Source: a virus (taxonomy: Duplodnaviria > Caudoviricetes). Taken from it: DNA of 64,000 nucleotides. Both the position numbers and the translations under genes were made by a program. This document shows, one piece after another, positions 60,990 to 64,000 of the stretch (positions are counted from its first letter, which is position 1; each line of letters starts with the position of its first letter). The stretch is from the IMG/VR virus record IMGVR_UViG_3300037466_002533, positions 24,763 through 88,762 of that record; one strand, written 5' to 3'. The notes below the pieces were generated by a model. That model saw only the letters and a program-made list of their open reading frames with translations. It ran no database searches and was not told the DNA's origin.

Positions 60990-63900
60990 TTACCCCTGAT
61001 TCTCAGTCGAAACGTTAGGTACCACGGACACTCTGGAGTCGTTCTGGGCAAGCCCCGCCATGGAAGTGTTGGGAAGCACCGACAGTTGTGGATCGGGGGC
61101 CACCACGGCGATCATGGCGGCGTTCTGGACCACCGACAGCCTGGGATCCTCGATGTTCGGATGTGGCGGAGCGGCGTGGCTGTCCACGACAATGGTGATG
61201 ACCGCATCCAGGGACGAATCGCTCTGCAGCGCGGTAGACGAGGATCCCCCGATGTCGGAGAACACGGCCAGCACGGCACCACCCACGGCGTTGTACTGGT
61301 ATCCCGTCCCGATATCTGCGAAGAGGCTGATCACCACTCCACTGGACTTGTCGACCAGGCCGTCCGTCACGACACTGGCTGAACACACCAGATCCGAGAA
61401 ACCCCGACGGTCGAAAGCGGCGGTGTGGGAGATCTCGGCGGTGACCTCCAGGGATGCTTCTCCGGTGCTTTCTCGTCCGCTGCCGATGAGGATGGACGCG
61501 GTGGCATCCACCGAGGACTCGCTGACGGCATCGATCCGCTGCTCGGTGGAGGTGTTTGCGACCGCAGAAAGAATGACTCCGGAACCCAGCGTGTGACTGA
61601 CCGCACCGTCCGCGTGGATGGTGGCGGCCACGCTCAGGGAAGCTCCGGAACGGGCGTCCCTGTGGCCGTCAGAGGCCGTGGAAGCGGTGATCGGCAGGAT
61701 TGTGCCCTGTGTGACGTTCAGGAGTCCTGCGGCCGAGATAGAGACCGTTCCGTCCAGGTGGATGGCGGTCAGGGAGTGACGCTCCCCGTCGGTCAGGATC
61801 GAGGCCGTCACCGGCAGGATCGAGCCGATCCGGACGTCGGCGAAGCCAGCCCCGGCGGCGAAGAACAGGGCGGACAGCGATGCGCTCTCCCGGGCGTCCC
61901 TGAGGCCGCCCAGGGACGTGGTGGCGGTGATGTTGGTGGATCCACCCTGGACCGCGTCCAGGCGCCCACCGAGGACCGTGGAGGCCGTCACGAACAGGCT
62001 GGCGGACTCCGTCACCTGGCGGATGCCGTCGACCTCCACGTCGGACGTCAGGGACAGCTCAGAGCCCGATCCGGTGCCAAGCGACCCGGTAGCCGTGATA
62101 TCTGCCGAGGCAGCTACCGAGACGACGCCACCTAGGTTGTTGGTGACCTCACCGTCGGAGGAGATCGTTGCGGTGGCCGCCAGGGCCGGGGCATCGTTAG
62201 CACCACGCACACCGCCCGATGTGGTCTGCGCCGAGGCGGACAAGGAGGAGCCGGATACGCCCTGCGTCTGTCCATCCGCCTCGATGGTGACGGCGGCGTT
62301 GACCAGGGCCAGGCCCGCACCCTGGTGGCTGACCACCCCATCGACCAGGTCAATGAAGGTGATCGGGAGGTCGACGTCACCGACGTGGGATACCGCCACT
62401 CCCAAAGATGTTTCGGCGGTGACTGCCACCTGAGAGTCGCCGATGTGATCGGCAACGGAGTTAGCGGCGGTGGTGGCCGTGACCGGAAGGGAGGCGCCTG
62501 TAGCGGCGCCGAGGTTACCGTCCACCTCGATGCTGGCCGAGATGTCAAGGGATGCCGCACCGACGTGGTTGAGTAGACCATCGGTCTCGATGGATGCCGT
62601 GATGGACAGACCGGCGGTAAAGAACTTATCTACCCTGCCATCTGCGGCCTGGGCTATATCGACAGACAGGGACGACGTGGCGTCGGTGTTGCGCACCCCG
62701 TCGACATCGACGGTGACCGAGGTGGATAGTTCGCCGCTGCTATACCGGCCGACGACCCCGATCGTGTCGGTGAACGCCGATGTGGTCAGAGCTGCGGAGG
62801 ACTCGGTTGCCCTGACCCCATCGACACTCTCGCTGAAGATGACGGCCACCTCGGAGCCGGAGAAGCGCCCCACCGATCCGACAGCGATAACCGTTGCGGT
62901 GGTTTCTAGTTCACCGCCGACAGAGGTGGCCCGATCGCCTGCTGCAGTGATGGTGGCGGATGCGGCTACGGATGCCGTACCGAACTTCGCCAGGTCTCCG
63001 GATAGGTCGATGTTCGCCGTCGTGGCAATGGCCGAGGAGGAGAAGTGCTTGATCTGGCCATCTGCGCTGATGCTCGCGTTAGTCGAAAGCGAGGAGTCGG
63101 AATACTTCTCGACCGTACCATCCGTCGAGACGGTTCCGGTGAGAGGCAGGGAGCATTCGGTAGATGTTGCCCGGACACCATCCGCAGAGATCTCCGCCGA
63201 GGTCGAGACGGTAGAGACCGAAACCGCATCCACCCTGCCGATGCCGGAGACCCCTGCAGTCCCGGACAGTCCTGCCCCGGTGTTCCTGGGGATAGTGCTC
63301 CCGTTGCTGGTGGTGGCCAACACCTCCAGTGACACCGACTGTGCCACCCCGACGAATCCACCTCCGGAAGCAGTGGCGGTGACCGTCAGGGACGCATCCC
63401 GGGAGGACTCGACGTTTCCGTCGGAGGTGGTCGATGAGGTAATATCCAGGCTCGAATCCCTGTGGCCTGTAACACTTCCGGTAGCGTTGATGGAGGCAGA
63501 GGAGGATAGCAGGACGTCGCCGTAGTCCGTGGTGTGTCCAGCAGCGGTCTGGCTGTAGGTGACCGACAGGGAAGATCCGCCGAACTTCGCCACCGTGCCG
63601 TCGCTGGACGTGGTCGCCAGGAACGCGCAACTTGATCCGGTGCTCTTGCCTACCGATGGGGATCCTGCGGAGGTGAAGAAGGTGTTGAGCACCGAACTGG
63701 ACGTCGTGGCCCTGATGCCTGCAGCACCGATACTTGCCGTGAACGCCAAGGACGTCGATGAGTGAACAGTCTTGGTGACCCCGAAGAATGGTTGGGCGAA
63801 GGCTGCAAGGGCTGCCGAGGAGGACATGCTGAGCTGGCCGTCGCCGCTGATCGACGCCGAGACCGCCAGGGACGCCCCGGAGAAGTGTGGGGTGGTCTTC

Positions 63901-63998
63901 TTGCCGTCTGCACTAATGGTGGCCGAGACGCTGACCGTCGACTGCCCGGCGTGGTCTAGGGCTCCGTCCGACGATATCGATGCGGTGATATATCGGGA
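60990..63998 (-). CDS. Ser/Thr/Ala-rich repeat virion protein, 5'-truncated by the window (>1000 aa)
   Basis: Frame stays open from the ATG at 63827 to the window edge (SRYITASISSDGALDHAG...); ~21-22-aa repeats S.L.(V/I)TA(S/T).S.DG. Confidence 0.75.
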   Translation of the reverse strand, partial: SRYITASISSDGALDHAGQSTVSVSATISADGKKTTPHFSGASLAVSASISGDGQLSMSSSAALAAFAQPFFGVTKTVHSSTSLAFTASIGAAGIRATTSSSVLNTFFTSAGSPSVGKSTGSSCAFLATTSSDGTVAKFGGSSLSVTYSQTAAGHTTDYGDVLLSSSASINATGSVTGHRDSSLDITSSTTSDGNVESSRDASLTVTATASGGGFVGVAQSVSLEVLATTSNGSTIPRNTGAGLSGTAGVSGIGRVDAVSVSTVSTSAEISADGVRATSTECSLPLTGTVSTDGTVEKYSDSSLSTNASISADGQIKHFSSSAIATTANIDLSGDLAKFGTASVAASATITAAGDRATSVGGELETTATVIAVGSVGRFSGSEVAVIFSESVDGVRATESSAALTTSAFTDTIGVVGRYSSGELSTSVTVDVDGVRNTDATSSLSVDIAQAADGRVDKFFTAGLSITASIETDGLLNHVGAASLDISASIEVDGNLGAATGASLPVTATTAANSVADHIGDSQVAVTAETSLGVAVSHVGDVDLPITFIDLVDGVVSHQGAGLALVNAAVTIEADGQTQGVSGSSLSASAQTTSGGVRGANDAPALAATATISSDGEVTNNLGGVVSVAASADITATGSLGTGSGSELSLTSDVEVDGIRQVTESASLFVTASTVLGGRLDAVQGGSTNITATTSLGGLRDARESASLSALFFAAGAGFADVRIGSILPVTASILTDGERHSLTAIHLDGTVSISAAGLLNVTQGTILPITASTASDGHRDARSGASLSVAATIHADGAVSHTLGSGVILSAVANTSTEQRIDAVSESSVDATASILIGSGRESTGEASLEVTAEISHTAAFDRRGFSDLVCSASVVTDGLVDKSSGVVISLFADIGTGYQYNAVGGAVLAVFSDIGGSSSTALQSDSSLDAVITIVVDSHAAPPHPNIEDPRLSVVQNAAMIAVVAPDPQLSVLPNTSMAGLAQNDSRVSVVPNVSTENQG

Positions 63999-64000
63999 TT

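Noticed and set aside
262-63959. Numerous long plus-strand and off-frame ORFs in the track (e.g. 262-1140, 50278-52206, 62470-63525)
   Set aside because: Shadow ORFs antisense to clear genes, expected from high-GC codon bias; no SD or family motifs
33240-64000. Diversity-generating retroelement or invertible tail-fibre cassette
   Set aside because: No reverse transcriptase, recombinase, template/variable repeat pair or inverted crossover sites seen

Overview
A 64-kb internal segment of a large, GC-rich, contractile-tailed (myovirus-type) phage genome. The host is very likely an actinobacterium, inferred from GC content, SigA-type TANNNT promoters, apparently leaderless genes, a DUF2786/TIGR04338 pair and mostly CCA-less tRNAs. 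Almost all genes are on the minus strand. Layout: (1) 0-8.9 kb, replication and regulation (primase, DnaB helicase, DnaC-like loader, Sm/Hfq-like ORF, 5'-3' exonuclease, ECF-like sigma, HTH protein). (2) 9-13.8 kb, small ORFs, HNH nuclease, HD/(p)ppGpp-hydrolase-like protein, and rtcB with a LAGLIDADG homing endonuclease that appears to have replaced its 3' end. (3) 13.9-23.4 kb, an array of 40 hand-folded tRNAs covering all 20 amino acids, interleaved with a Ro60/TROVE gene, two YrlA-type Y RNAs, a circularly permuted tRNA-like module, aberrant tRNA-like RNAs and several unexplained structured spacers. (4) 23.5-33 kb, accessory ORFs from divergent promoters, a metallophosphoesterase and an SNF2-like helicase. 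(5) 33-64 kb, baseplate, tape measure, tail chaperone with a -1 frameshift, tube, sheath, neck and very large repeat-rich virion proteins, the last cut by the window edge. The standout is an apparently self-contained tRNA supply, surveillance and repair system (tRNA array + Ro60 + Y RNAs + RtcB + HD hydrolase), with systematic tRNA deviations (A54-U58 swap, C33, D-armless Arg(UCU), Ile(UAU)). All RNA folds and family calls were made by eye; no searches were run.
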